64,000 nt of DNA from Sedimentisphaerales bacterium. Lineage in GTDB: Bacteria; Planctomycetota; Phycisphaerae; Sedimentisphaerales; Anaerobacaceae. A model generated the notes under the pieces. That model saw only the letters and a list, made by a program, of their open reading frames with translations, had not been told where the DNA came from and made no database searches. The stretch spans positions 1,728,001-1,792,000 of the forward strand of contig OY970194.1 of assembly GCA_963708075.1 (NCBI GenBank). Reading direction: 5' to 3'. Position numbers and translations under genes: made by a program. The first letter of the stretch is position 1. Every line of letters begins with the position of its first letter. Shown here one piece after another: positions 18,293 to 28,251 of this stretch.

Positions 18293-19216
18293 ATGTGCGC
18301 GTGCAACTCGCGGCGACATCGAGTTAACAACAACCATTTCTCTCCTGCGTTTGCGAACGAGCAGTGGACGGCGGACAAACACTATGTCTGTTATTATCGT
18401 GACCATCACAAAGGGAGAGTGAGTCAGACCACGAACGGGCGGAGGCAGTGGGGTCGCCTGCGCAGGCTGTACACGGATCGTGTCGAATATGCGCTCAACC
18501 ACGAGTTGGAGACCCCTGCATCGCTCATCTATGACGCACTGCTCCGCGGGCGGTCACTAGATGCACAATCGCGTCTTAAGTGGTCGCAGTTCCTTCGTTC
18601 TCAGTTTGTGCGTACGCCAACGTTCATGCGCTACGAGGAGACGGCAAAGCAACTCACAGGTGTAAGGGAGCAACCGTTGCATGATCGGGTCGGCTGCGAG
18701 GAGTGCCTGGACCTTCACGAAGTTGCTGGAAGAGACTGGACCATCTTGGTTGCGCACCCTGATGACTTCTTCATCAGAACAGACAATCCTGTATACGTGA
18801 CCGGTTTTTTGATATCGCCTAAGTCAGTCCTCTACTACCCGCTCAGTCCTCGGTGTTGCTTCGCCGCCTGCTCTATGCCGGATGATTGGAATCCTGATGA
18901 GGATATAACGACTAGCAATCCTTCGCATACAGCCGTGGAATTGGAAAAGGGTGTGGCTCATGTCCTCAATTTCTACTTCGCCAGAGCCGCTGGCGAGTCG
19001 GCCATAGTGTGTCCTGACCATGACAGCGCGTTTATTCGGGCAATGTTGACTCAGGTTCTTGGCATCTACCCACAGATGCCGTTCGACCTTCATATGCCGA
19101 AACTCCACGAGGTAGAGGATGCTCGCGAAAGCCTGAGAGGGCTTATGACCGTAGCGGACGGGGTTGAGTACGCTACATACCGGCCGCCTGAAATAGAGCC
19201 GTTCTACGCAAAATAG
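18293..19216 (+). CDS. DUF4238-like protein
   Basis: N-terminal NHFSPAF..W, E..L...LE, RTP, FFIRTDNPV, YYPLSPR pattern matches DUF4238. Confidence 0.65.
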   Translation: MCACNSRRHRVNNNHFSPAFANEQWTADKHYVCYYRDHHKGRVSQTTNGRRQWGRLRRLYTDRVEYALNHELETPASLIYDALLRGRSLDAQSRLKWSQFLRSQFVRTPTFMRYEETAKQLTGVREQPLHDRVGCEECLDLHEVAGRDWTILVAHPDDFFIRTDNPVYVTGFLISPKSVLYYPLSPRCCFAACSMPDDWNPDEDITTSNPSHTAVELEKGVAHVLNFYFARAAGESAIVCPDHDSAFIRAMLTQVLGIYPQMPFDLHMPKLHEVEDARESLRGLMTVADGVEYATYRPPEIEPFYAK

Positions 19217-19426
19217 CGGGTGTCCTTCTGGGAATTCCGGGCGCATTAACATGCGAGGGGGGGGAAGGGGCAGGAGGAAGGGGTCAGGCCTTGGATCGAG
19301 GTGTCCTGAGCCTTGGGCGTGACGGTTGACGTTGGCGTGGCGGCCGCATCGGAAAACGTTGTTGATTTGCGGGGGACGGGGGTACAATGGGTCATGGCTG
19401 AGTTGCGTTGTGAGGAAGGATTGGTT

Positions 19427-20143
19427 ATGGGCCGGTGCAGAAGAGGATTTACGCTCATCGAGCTGCTGGTGGTTGTCGCGATCATTGCGATGCTGATGGC
19501 GATTCTGATGCCGGCGTTGAGCAGGGCCAAGAAGCAGGCGCAGGCCACCACGTGTCTGAGCGGCCTCAAGCAGATCGGCGTGGCGGCCGTGCTCTACGCC
19601 CAGGATAGTGACTGGTTCATCCCCCGCGGCTCGACGGGCAGCACGCCCATCTGGTTCATGCAGTACCTCCCGTACGTCGGCCAGAGGCACAATGAAGGCG
19701 ACTACAAGAGCGTCAAGATCTATCGCTGCAAGAGCTTCCCCACGATCGGGACGGGCCTGTATGACATTCCGAACTCCAGACAGACGGTCTGTTACGTGAT
19801 CAACGACTGGACCTTTTCCAGCAAGACCGACACCACAGGAACCGGCGTGGGAAAGCCCACGAAACTGTCCGTGTTCAAACGGCCGGCCCAGACGATCTAT
19901 CTGGCCGACAACGAGGCCGGCTCCTGGCGTCCCATCATCGAGAGCGCCAACAGCCGGGAACTCATACGCTGCGACATCTTCATGCGCACGCATCTGCCGC
20001 TTTCGGACGACCACGACATCAATAACGGACAACGAGTAGCTCGGGAGCGGCATCGGAAAGGCTGCAATGTCTTGTTCCTCGACTGGCACTCCGAATATGT
20101 CGGCGCCGAAGACATGACCATGGACATGTGGCGCGACAAGTAG
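19427..20143 (+). CDS. Prepilin-type N-terminal cleavage/methylation protein (DUF1559/H-X9-DG-like)
   Basis: GFTLIELLVVVAIIAMLMAILMPAL..A...C.S.LKQIG; C-terminal RHRKGCNVLFLDWH. Confidence 0.9.
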   Translation: MGRCRRGFTLIELLVVVAIIAMLMAILMPALSRAKKQAQATTCLSGLKQIGVAAVLYAQDSDWFIPRGSTGSTPIWFMQYLPYVGQRHNEGDYKSVKIYRCKSFPTIGTGLYDIPNSRQTVCYVINDWTFSSKTDTTGTGVGKPTKLSVFKRPAQTIYLADNEAGSWRPIIESANSRELIRCDIFMRTHLPLSDDHDINNGQRVARERHRKGCNVLFLDWHSEYVGAEDMTMDMWRDK

Positions 20144-20303
20144 CCGTCCATATCCGCGTTCATCGCCGTTCTTCGGCGGTTTCATCGTCTCTGTGTCCTC
20201 GGTGACCTCTGTGGCAAGAAGATTTTCTCCCCCCCCCTTCTTTAATCCTTGCGGGACAAGGGTTTACAAAACACCGAACAGCGGCATTTTGTTGAGATTT
20301 CTG

Positions 20304-20332
20304 TTGACGCTCAGACATGGTGAATATACCAT
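20304..20332 (+). promoter_or_regulatory. Putative sigma70 promoter of the HNH-AP2 gene
   Basis: TTGACG-17 bp-TACCAT. Confidence 0.4.
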
Positions 20333-20402
20333 AGGTGGAGTGGTGTGTACCAGTGGTAGGGGCGAATCATCATTCGCCCGCGTGGATCGAAAGGGAAGAA
20401 TC

Positions 20403-21413
20403 ATGAGACAGCGGACAGAGCGAAAGAAGCAGAAGAACGGCAAGACCCGGGTGCGGCCGGCGAGAAAGAGGCTTCCCGGGGTTCCGCCGGCGGACAGTAA
20501 GATCTGGCCGGAGCAGTATCGGGGGAAGAATTGGAAACCCGCCTATGGACTGCTGTTTGCGGGCAAGTGCCAGTTGTGTGCGTACTCCTGTCCCCTGCCG
20601 AAGTCACGACAAATGCTCGACAAGTGGCACGGCGAGCCCCGGCTGCTGCTGTGCATGAACCATCCGGACAGTCCCGGCGAGTTGACGGAGGTCCTGCCGA
20701 CCGAAACGTGCCGGAACTTCACGGCAAGGAAATGGCTGCCACCCCGGGCCGAACGGGCGAAGAAGCTCACCTCTCCCGAAGTCGATGACTCGGACCCGAC
20801 CGTCCGCCGGATCCCGCTGAGCAACGGCTTGTTTGCCACTGTCGATGCCGCTGATTATGAGAAGGTCAGCAGGTACAAGTGGTATGTGAGCTACCGCGGA
20901 TCGAATGTCTACGCGGTCTGCAACAAGGGCAAGCGGCGCGTATACATGCACCGCATGCTCATGCGGCCGCGCACGGGCTACATCGTGCACCATGTCGACG
21001 GCAATGGCCTGAACAATCGGCGCTGCAACCTCCACATCTGCACGCGGCGGGAGCACCAGGCCAGCCGGGGGCCTTGCGGTGGGACCTCCAGATTCGTCGG
21101 GGTGTTCCGGCACGACGGCAAGATGGGCAAATGGCAGGCGGGAATTCAATACCGTGGGAAACTGCACGACCTCGGGCTCTTTGATGACGAGGTCGAAGCA
21201 GCCAAGGCCCGGGACCGTAAGGCATACGAACTGCATGGCGAACGCGCCTACATCAACCGGCCGGAGGACCTCCGCCGGTGGTTGCGCCAACGACGCCGTG
21301 CGGTCGCTCCCCGTGCATCGATGAAGGACACGAAGGCCTCAGTGCGGCCTTCAGCCGCAACCCAAACCAACTCTCGCGCCAAAACGCCAAGGACCCAAAG
21401 AAGAAGGGCGTGA
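20403..21413 (+). CDS. HNH endonuclease-AP2 domain protein with Cys-rich N-terminus
   Basis: YMHRMLM..IVHHVDGNGLNNRRCNL (HNH); SRFVGV..KWQAGI..LGLFDDEVEAAKARD..AYIN (AP2). Confidence 0.9.
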   Translation: MRQRTERKKQKNGKTRVRPARKRLPGVPPADSKIWPEQYRGKNWKPAYGLLFAGKCQLCAYSCPLPKSRQMLDKWHGEPRLLLCMNHPDSPGELTEVLPTETCRNFTARKWLPPRAERAKKLTSPEVDDSDPTVRRIPLSNGLFATVDAADYEKVSRYKWYVSYRGSNVYAVCNKGKRRVYMHRMLMRPRTGYIVHHVDGNGLNNRRCNLHICTRREHQASRGPCGGTSRFVGVFRHDGKMGKWQAGIQYRGKLHDLGLFDDEVEAAKARDRKAYELHGERAYINRPEDLRRWLRQRRRAVAPRASMKDTKASVRPSAATQTNSRAKTPRTQRRRA

Positions 21414-21520
21414 GAAACCTCCTTTATCTCGGCGCTGTCTGCGTCTTTGCGCGAGACATAGTCAAGGTTGGTGTGGAATGCACCCCCTACCGCTCCGACC
21501 ATGCTAATCTCGTGGATACC

Positions 21521-21771
21521 GGGTGGCAGCGGCAAGTGGAGCCATTCATGGGCCTTCGGCGCACCCGAAGAGGATGAAAATGGCCCACGCCGCTCGTAGG
21601 GTGGGTCCTTGACCCACGCGGTTGACCACGGGAAACGTTCTTCACGCGTGGGTTGAGAACCCACCCTACATATTGACGCCACGCTCTTTTCAGAGGAGTC
21701 TTCGGAGCTTGCAGATGGCGTGTATGCGTAGACACGGGCCATCGGCAAGCCGGCGCTTGCCGCTGCCACCC
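21521..21771. repeat. Nested REP-like elements (GGGTGGCAGCGGCAAG element interrupted by a segment carrying a GTAG REP pair)
   Basis: Ends match the intact element at 23444..23536 in inverted orientation; GTAG pair at 21596..21669 lies inside. Confidence 0.75.
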
Positions 21772-21838
21772 ATCCTAAGCGATATTCTCTACACACACTG
21801 TCTTAGAATGGTCAGGGTACTACTTTGCGCCACACCTG

Positions 21839-23213
21839 TTAGTCTCGGTCTGTGCGGTTTGCGGGTTTGGCGTTGAGAAGCTCGGGGAGGGTCGGCATCG
21901 CTTCGAGGACGTGACAGACGGTGTAGAGGTGCTGCGAGTACCAGTTCGGCCGGTTTGTGCCGGGCTTCCTCTCGTTGCGAAGCTGGAAGAACGTCCGGAA
22001 GAGGCCGGTGTCTGATTGCATGTAGGTCAGGGCGTTGATGCCGGAGAGGGCTTTCTTCTTCGCCTGCTCGTCGCCGGTGGCGTTGTAGAGGTCCGCCAGG
22101 GCCAGGCAGTACCGGGCCGTGTGGCCGGGCATCATGTGCTCAAAGCCGGCCTGCTCGGAGACGGCCGGCGCCGGGGCCGCGGGATGTCCCTCGGTATGAA
22201 CCAATCGCTCCTCCATCCTGGCCAGAACGCGCCGGCCCATCCCGATGTATTCAGGGTGGGCTTTCGCATGGCGAAACAGGTAGTCGGCGGTGAAGGACAT
22301 GGGCTCGGCGGAGAGATAATTCTCCGGCTTCGACACGATGTCTTCGTGATAGGTGCCCCAGAGATTCCTTTCGACGTTTCGCTCCAGCATCAGCTTCAAG
22401 GCGCGATCATGGACCTGCTGCCAGGATGGTTCGTTTTCGTAGCGGAGAAGGTCCTCGAAGAACTGCACGAAAAAGACCGGCGCGCCTCCGAATTGCTGGC
22501 GAACGGCGCCATCTTCAGGGACCACGCGGAAAGGCCAGCTTCCATCTTCGTTCTGGCGGCGGACCAGCGTCTGGGCGATGGCTTTCGCGCCGGCGAGGTA
22601 CTTCGCCTCCTTTGTGGTCTCGTACAGGGCAATGTAGGCGCTTGCGAGGAACGCGCCCTTATCGGGTTCGATGCTGTCCTTGTCCTGCGAGCCGCCGGGT
22701 CTTCCATTCGAGAATACCGAGTAAGGCAAGTTGGGGTAAAATGCACTGGATGGTGTGGAATGGGTGAGATTCCAGTCGGCCAAGTCGCGTGCCCGGAGAA
22801 GCCATTCCCGCTCACCCGTGTAGGCGTGGTATCGCAGGAAGGTGAAGATGAAGTAGGCGTGCTGGCGTGCCGGGAAGGCAAGTTGCCGGTCCGAACGCGA
22901 TCCATCCTCATTCACGTGCGCACGGGTGAAATACCCGGCCAGCTCGCCGTCGATCCTGCCGGGAACATAGCCGCCATCCGCCTTCTTCAGAAACTGCATG
23001 GCCTGCGCAATCGCCTCAGTGACAGGCCGGCGTGGCAGGACAACACCGTTTATGACCGGAACACGGTTCCCCGCTGTCCCCTCTGCCGCACGGAAGCCCC
23101 CCGTCCATGAGAACCGACGCGATGACAAAGAGCAACACAAGATTCGTTGCCGGCCAGGGTGAATGCCGGCCGGGGCCATGAGGTGTAAATCGCCCTTCGG
23201 CGTTTGGCTTCAT
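21839..23213 (-). CDS. Secreted alpha/alpha-barrel-like hypothetical protein, apparent frameshift near 23093
   Basis: Repeats such as EAKYLAGAKAIAQTLVRRQNEDGSWP; the signal-like segment (NLVLLFVIASVLM) is one frame off the mature region. Confidence 0.6.
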
Positions 23214-23443
23214 GATCACAGTCCTTCCCAACAACATAGGATCGTTCAGACACACTTTGTGTCACAGAAACCGTCTCTCTCAGACTTGAGGAGTTCGCAC
23301 CCATAGAATAGCAGGGACGAGCACCGCTGTCACGCGTCGTACAGTGGGGCGAGCGGGGACGCTCGCCCTACGCAGAGGTGTGCGGATCACCTGGGTATTC
23401 CGATCACTCTCCTACACCGACCATGCTAATTTGGTGAGTGCTG

Positions 23444-23536
23444 GGTGGCAGCGGCAAGCGCCGGCTTGCCGATGGCTCACTGGAAACGCAGCACCATCGG
23501 CAAGCTCCGAAGACTCCGCTTGCCGCTGCCACCCAC
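23444..23536. repeat. GGGTGGCAGCGGCAAG-type REP-like palindrome
   Basis: Terminal inverted repeat GGGTGGCAGCGGCAAGCG ... CGCTTGCCGCTGCCACCC. Confidence 0.8.
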
Positions 23537-23693
23537 CGCTTCAGTGTAGTCGGAGCACTCCCGCCGGCTGCGCGTGTGCGGGAGAAAGTGCGGATTTTCC
23601 TGCATTGACGATGGGGCAAATCGGGGTGAAATGCGAGGAGAGAGTGTTGTCAAGGGGCTTCACAATGAGACTACATTGCGAAAGGGGAGACCG

Positions 23694-25127
23694 ATGAAGA
23701 CTTGGGGGCATATCACTATCTGTGTCGTGTCGCTCGCTTGGGCGAGCGTGGCGACGGGGGCGACGCTTCACGTCGATGCCGGGGGCGGAGGCGATTACAC
23801 GAGCATCCAGGCCGCTCTCGATGCGGCGGTCACGGGCCACGACAAGATCGAAGTGAACCCGGGAACATATTATGAAGCGATCGACTTCCACGGCAAGGCC
23901 GTCCGGCTCTACAGCAAGGGCGGACCCGCCGCGACGATCATTGACGGGACCGGGAACTATCACGTAGTACGTTGTACCAGCGGCGAGGGCCCCGACACCA
24001 TCCTGGAGGGTTTCACCATCACCGGCGGCAATGCTGACGGCGTGCCACCGGAAGATGCCTGGGGCGGTGGAATGTACAACTCCGGGGCCAGTCCAACCGT
24101 GACGAACTGCGTGTTCACGGGCAACACCGCCGGCTGGGGCGGCGGGATGTTCAACACGGGGGCCAGTCCGAGTCTGACAAATTGCGCGTTCCACGACAAT
24201 TCCGCTGACCGGGGCGGCGCGATGTATAACGAAGGCGGCAGCCCTGCCGTAAGCGGTTGCATGTTTCACGACAACTCGGCCACCCGAGGCGGCGGGATCT
24301 TCGACGAGATCGGCAGCAATGCGATCGTGACCCAATGCGCGTTCCACAACAACCGGGCCGACGAGGACGGGGGCGGGATCTGCAACGGATTCATCGGCCG
24401 CGCGACTGTGATCGACTGCACGTTCACCAACAACGGCGCCAGATATGGCAGCGGGATCGCCAGCATACAAGGCAGCGGAGATGCGACCGGTTGCACCTTC
24501 GTGGATAACACGGCGGACGAGGGCGGGGCAATGTACTATGGCGATAGTGCCGGAACCGTGAGTGACTGCACCTTCCAACACAACCTCGCCGGGGCTGGCG
24601 GCGCCATCGCAAACGGCGTTAGCGATGTGCTCGTGACCAACTGCATCTTCACCGCCAACGGCGCAGCGGGCCAAGGCGGCGGGATATCGAACGTATGGAG
24701 CGACCTGGCCGCGACGCATTGCACCTTCAGCGGCAACACCGCAGAGATTTCCGCCGGCGCGATCATGAGCATGGGGGTCGGGAGTACCACGACTGTGACC
24801 AACTGCATTCTCTGGTCCGATCTCGGCGGCGAACTTGATACCGGCTTTGCCACTCTCTTGGTCACCTACAGCGATATTCAAGGTGGCTGGGGCGGCGAGG
24901 GCAACATCGACGCCGATCCGCTTTTCACGGGGGCCGCCGGCGATTTTCATCTGGCGCCGGGCTCGCCGTGCATCGACACCGGGACGAACGACCCGGCCGG
25001 AGGACTGCCAGGCACGGACATCGAAGGCAATCCCCGGCCGGCGGATGGCAATGACGACGGCGTCGCCGTGGCGGACATGGGAGCATACGAATTGCCGGCG
25101 AAAGTGAAGAAGGCCAGGAAGCCGTAG
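23694..25127 (+). CDS. Secreted parallel beta-helix repeat protein (GGG/GGA-FxxN repeats, choice-of-anchor-Q-like C-terminus)
   Basis: Signal peptide; YTSIQAALDAA; repeated CxFxxN.A..GGG(M/I); DFHLAPGSPCIDTG...DMGAYE. Confidence 0.85.
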   Translation: MKTWGHITICVVSLAWASVATGATLHVDAGGGGDYTSIQAALDAAVTGHDKIEVNPGTYYEAIDFHGKAVRLYSKGGPAATIIDGTGNYHVVRCTSGEGPDTILEGFTITGGNADGVPPEDAWGGGMYNSGASPTVTNCVFTGNTAGWGGGMFNTGASPSLTNCAFHDNSADRGGAMYNEGGSPAVSGCMFHDNSATRGGGIFDEIGSNAIVTQCAFHNNRADEDGGGICNGFIGRATVIDCTFTNNGARYGSGIASIQGSGDATGCTFVDNTADEGGAMYYGDSAGTVSDCTFQHNLAGAGGAIANGVSDVLVTNCIFTANGAAGQGGGISNVWSDLAATHCTFSGNTAEISAGAIMSMGVGSTTTVTNCILWSDLGGELDTGFATLLVTYSDIQGGWGGEGNIDADPLFTGAAGDFHLAPGSPCIDTGTNDPAGGLPGTDIEGNPRPADGNDDGVAVADMGAYELPAKVKKARKP

Positions 25128-25149
25128 CCGGCGTTCGGGTGCCCACCTT

Positions 25150-25899
25150 CTACGCTTCAGGCGTGAAGCAGCAGTAACCGATGCCGTCGCACTCATCCTT
25201 GAGTTTTTGCCAGACCCGGTCGTCGTCGATCACCTGCAAAGCGGCAGGATAGAGGATATTATTCTCTTTGTAGATGTGCTCGCGAAGCGTCGGGACGATG
25301 AAACTTGCCAGTTCGTTCAATCTCCGCTTGAAGTCTGCGAAATCATGCCGATCAACAGCCTCAACAAGTTTCTTGAGCTCGCGTTTTCGAGGTCTGAGCT
25401 GTCTGTGCTCCTCGCGCATCACCATCGGCGGGCCGTACATGCCCCGCTTCTCGAGCTCGGGGAATAATACGTCCTCTTCCCGCTGATGATGCCGCTCCGC
25501 CTCGACCAGGTGCTCGGCGATGTGCGCCAGTTGATGAAACTCCCGTGTTTGCCCGGGGTATTCGGACATCCCTTGGATCGTTTCGTTCACCTGTTGGAGC
25601 ATGTCGAGAAAACCGAGGATGGCATCGTGCTCATGGACAAGCGTGGAGACCACGTGGCCCTTGGGCAATCTGGCACGCATCTGCTCGAGCTGCTCGCCGA
25701 GCACCTCCAGATGAAGAGGGCACAACCCGTGCAGGTCTTCGACGCTCAGGCCCGCATCGAGCAGGTTCTGCTCCGCAATAGCCAGTTCGTCCGGGCCCAC
25801 CGTCGCCAGAAATTCCATGGCTTCGGCCTTCACCTGATCCGGGTCCTCGCCTGCATTAAGCCGCTTGAGAATGCCGGTAAGCTGCTCTGTCTTCTCCAT
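25150..25899 (-). CDS. DUF438 plus hemerythrin HHE domain protein
   Basis: LKRLNAGEDPDQVK..EIAEQ-like DUF438 with LCPLH; HVVSTLVHEH, HHQREEDVLFPELE, HIYKENNILYP. Confidence 0.88.
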   Translation of the reverse strand: MEKTEQLTGILKRLNAGEDPDQVKAEAMEFLATVGPDELAIAEQNLLDAGLSVEDLHGLCPLHLEVLGEQLEQMRARLPKGHVVSTLVHEHDAILGFLDMLQQVNETIQGMSEYPGQTREFHQLAHIAEHLVEAERHHQREEDVLFPELEKRGMYGPPMVMREEHRQLRPRKRELKKLVEAVDRHDFADFKRRLNELASFIVPTLREHIYKENNILYPAALQVIDDDRVWQKLKDECDGIGYCCFTPEA

Positions 25900-25990
25900 G
25901 ATCAAATCCTCCAATGGAGCAAAATCGAAATCTCCTGTGTTCCGTCGAACGGCCCTGCATCTCGGCAACGTGCAGGAGATGCCTAAGCTA

Positions 25991-26012
25991 TATAGGATCA
26001 ATATAGTCCTAT
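25991..26012 (-). promoter_or_regulatory. Palindromic operator matching the Rrf2-operon site
   Basis: ATAGGA-TCAATATAG-TCCTAT; 18 of 21 positions identical to 14234..14254. Confidence 0.65.
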
Positions 26013-26292
26013 TGGTTCGGCGAAAATGGAAAATTTCTTCGCATACCGAGATTCGTGTGCGACTGAACGTTGTTGCGGAACAGGCCCATTTGTCATGCTG
26101 AACGAAGTGAAGTATCTGGGCAACGACTGCAATCAACGCTTGTTCCTGCACTCGGCCCAGATCCTTCGCGGCGCTCAGGATGACAGTGTCCGTGCCAAGG
26201 ATTGACGTCGATCATCGCACTATGGCAACTCGCAAAAGGTGATCGCACGCGGGATCGTCCATTGCGGGTGACCGAGGCCGTGGAGAAGGCGG

Positions 26293-28047
26293 CTAGCCCT
26301 CTTGCAGGTAAGACCGAGAGGCGACGGCGACCTCGCCATCGGCCGTGATATCGACCTGGCCCCGCAGCCGTTTTGCGGAAGTAAACGAATACTCCTGCGC
26401 CCCTCGCAGCAAAACACTGCTGCTATCCACCTCCAGGTGCAGCTCTTGTTCGGGGTTCCTGTGTCGCAGCACGTTGGCCATGACAAAGGCCTTTTCGAGG
26501 CCGTCGCCGGTGTAGTAGTTGGCCACCTCGTCCGGCTGGGCCAGGCGGTTGCCGTCGTAGATGGAGACATCCTTCATGCGGCTGAGCCACTCGTACACCC
26601 CCTCGATGGACATGGATTTGGTCGCTTCGAGGGAGACGGGGCTTCGCTCGATGGCCGCCTTGACGAAGGGACGCCAATCGCAGCTATCCATGTCCCGATA
26701 GGCGTAGAACGCCAGGTCGGCCGTCGCGTTGTGTCCGCGGATCCCGCGCAGGTACTCAATGATCTCCTCGCGAGTCTGATCCGGGGAAATCTGGATCACG
26801 CCGGCATCAAGGAATCGCTTGTTCGCTCCCGGCAGGTCGGGCTCGATGTGGACGAAGTCCGCCAGGTCATCGACGAGCTTGTCCGCCTCCGGGATCGTCG
26901 GTTCAAGGAACTTCTTCAGCGCCTCGCGGCCGCGAGGCTCCCGGACGTCAACCTTCTGTTGCCTGATGAACTCGTTCAGGCGGTCGCAGCGGACACGCCC
27001 GGGGATTTCATAATGCATGAAATCCTCGTCGGCCACCTCTTCCAGAAGCTTCTCGTGCGTAGCGTCGCCGATCTTGTAAGGGCTGCCATGCTCGTACTCG
27101 TAGAGGAACTCGGCCTGGAGGAATCGCGGCTGGCCGTGGCAGTCGCGGCAAATCTGGAAATACTTCTGGTATTGGTGCTCCGAGCGAAGAAAGCTGGCGA
27201 GGATCGTGAAGTCCAGCCCTGTCGTAAGGTAATCGGCCAGCCGGGCCCGGAAATGATCGTAAGCCTTCGGGGCAATCGTCGCCTCGTCATAGAGGCAGTG
27301 GACGTAGCCCGTGCAGTGCGTGACGGCCGTCACTCGTTCATTGCGCAGGGCCCGCTGCGCCTTCATGGAAATCGCCGTGCCGTTGAACCACATCGTCTTG
27401 GTGACGAGCCGGCGGTTGTTGGTCAGGATGCCGTCCTGCATGTCGATGAAGTTCTGCGAATGCAGCGGCGTCAGGAGCATGTAGATGTCCTCAAGGGGCA
27501 CGCCGCAAACTACGAACGCTGCCGCCGCGTACAGGGCCGCGAGCGACACGCACTCCCCCGCCGCTTTCGTGTACCCTGGTCGGAATCGAAAGGCGTCCAT
27601 CGCCTCCAGGGTCTCCGTCTTCCAGTAAGGGATCACGTCCGTCGTGTACTTATCGAGCCCGAAGTGCCGGCGGATATCCACGTCGAAGTAGTATTTGTCC
27701 CCCTCATAGCCGAACAGGGCGTTGCTCGCGGCGATTTCCTGCGGCGACAGGTACGGCGAAAACCGCTTCAACTCGACCTCCTTGGTGGTCAGCCCCCACG
27801 TTTCCAAGTCGAGGTTGAAATCGAACTCGTCCATGATGAACTGCCGAAGCCGCATCAGCTTGCGGTAGCTGCTCTTGCCCTCCAGCTTCTTGAGCCAGTC
27901 CAGCTCCCGCCATTTCCAGAGGATCGGGCTCATGATGTCTGCCAGGACCAGGCCGTACATCAACTCCGGAAAGACAAAGATCTCCATGTCCGACAACGTG
28001 TATGCCGACGAGTATTTCTCGATTTCTCTCGTATCCATATCTTCCAT
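26293..28047 (-). CDS. Hypothetical protein with possible transglutaminase-like core
   Basis: Long ORF with host-like codons; AGECVSLAALY...PLHSQNFID. Confidence 0.75.
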   Translation of the reverse strand: MEDMDTREIEKYSSAYTLSDMEIFVFPELMYGLVLADIMSPILWKWRELDWLKKLEGKSSYRKLMRLRQFIMDEFDFNLDLETWGLTTKEVELKRFSPYLSPQEIAASNALFGYEGDKYYFDVDIRRHFGLDKYTTDVIPYWKTETLEAMDAFRFRPGYTKAAGECVSLAALYAAAAFVVCGVPLEDIYMLLTPLHSQNFIDMQDGILTNNRRLVTKTMWFNGTAISMKAQRALRNERVTAVTHCTGYVHCLYDEATIAPKAYDHFRARLADYLTTGLDFTILASFLRSEHQYQKYFQICRDCHGQPRFLQAEFLYEYEHGSPYKIGDATHEKLLEEVADEDFMHYEIPGRVRCDRLNEFIRQQKVDVREPRGREALKKFLEPTIPEADKLVDDLADFVHIEPDLPGANKRFLDAGVIQISPDQTREEIIEYLRGIRGHNATADLAFYAYRDMDSCDWRPFVKAAIERSPVSLEATKSMSIEGVYEWLSRMKDVSIYDGNRLAQPDEVANYYTGDGLEKAFVMANVLRHRNPEQELHLEVDSSSVLLRGAQEYSFTSAKRLRGQVDITADGEVAVASRSYLQEG

Positions 28048-28251
28048 TTTCCCCTGCAAAACGCCCACCCTGCCCCTGCCGATGAACAAAGGTTACCACG
28101 GATGCCAAAATATCGCCACAGTTTCGTGAGATAAGGGTTCCCTTGGCCATACTTCTCTTGTACGATCACAACCGAACGTTGTTTGGGTGGTTGGGGGCCT
28201 CTGCCGTCCGCAGCCTCATTGGTTCGCCGAACTGCTTTGGGAGTGTATGGC

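Noticed and set aside
20050..20090. H-X9-DW instead of H-X9-DG in the prepilin-type protein
   Set aside because: A single substitution in a variable family; too weak to imply new function.
27136..27150. CRDCH as a heme c site in the large hypothetical protein
   Set aside because: A single motif in a protein with no export signal; more likely a metal site or chance.
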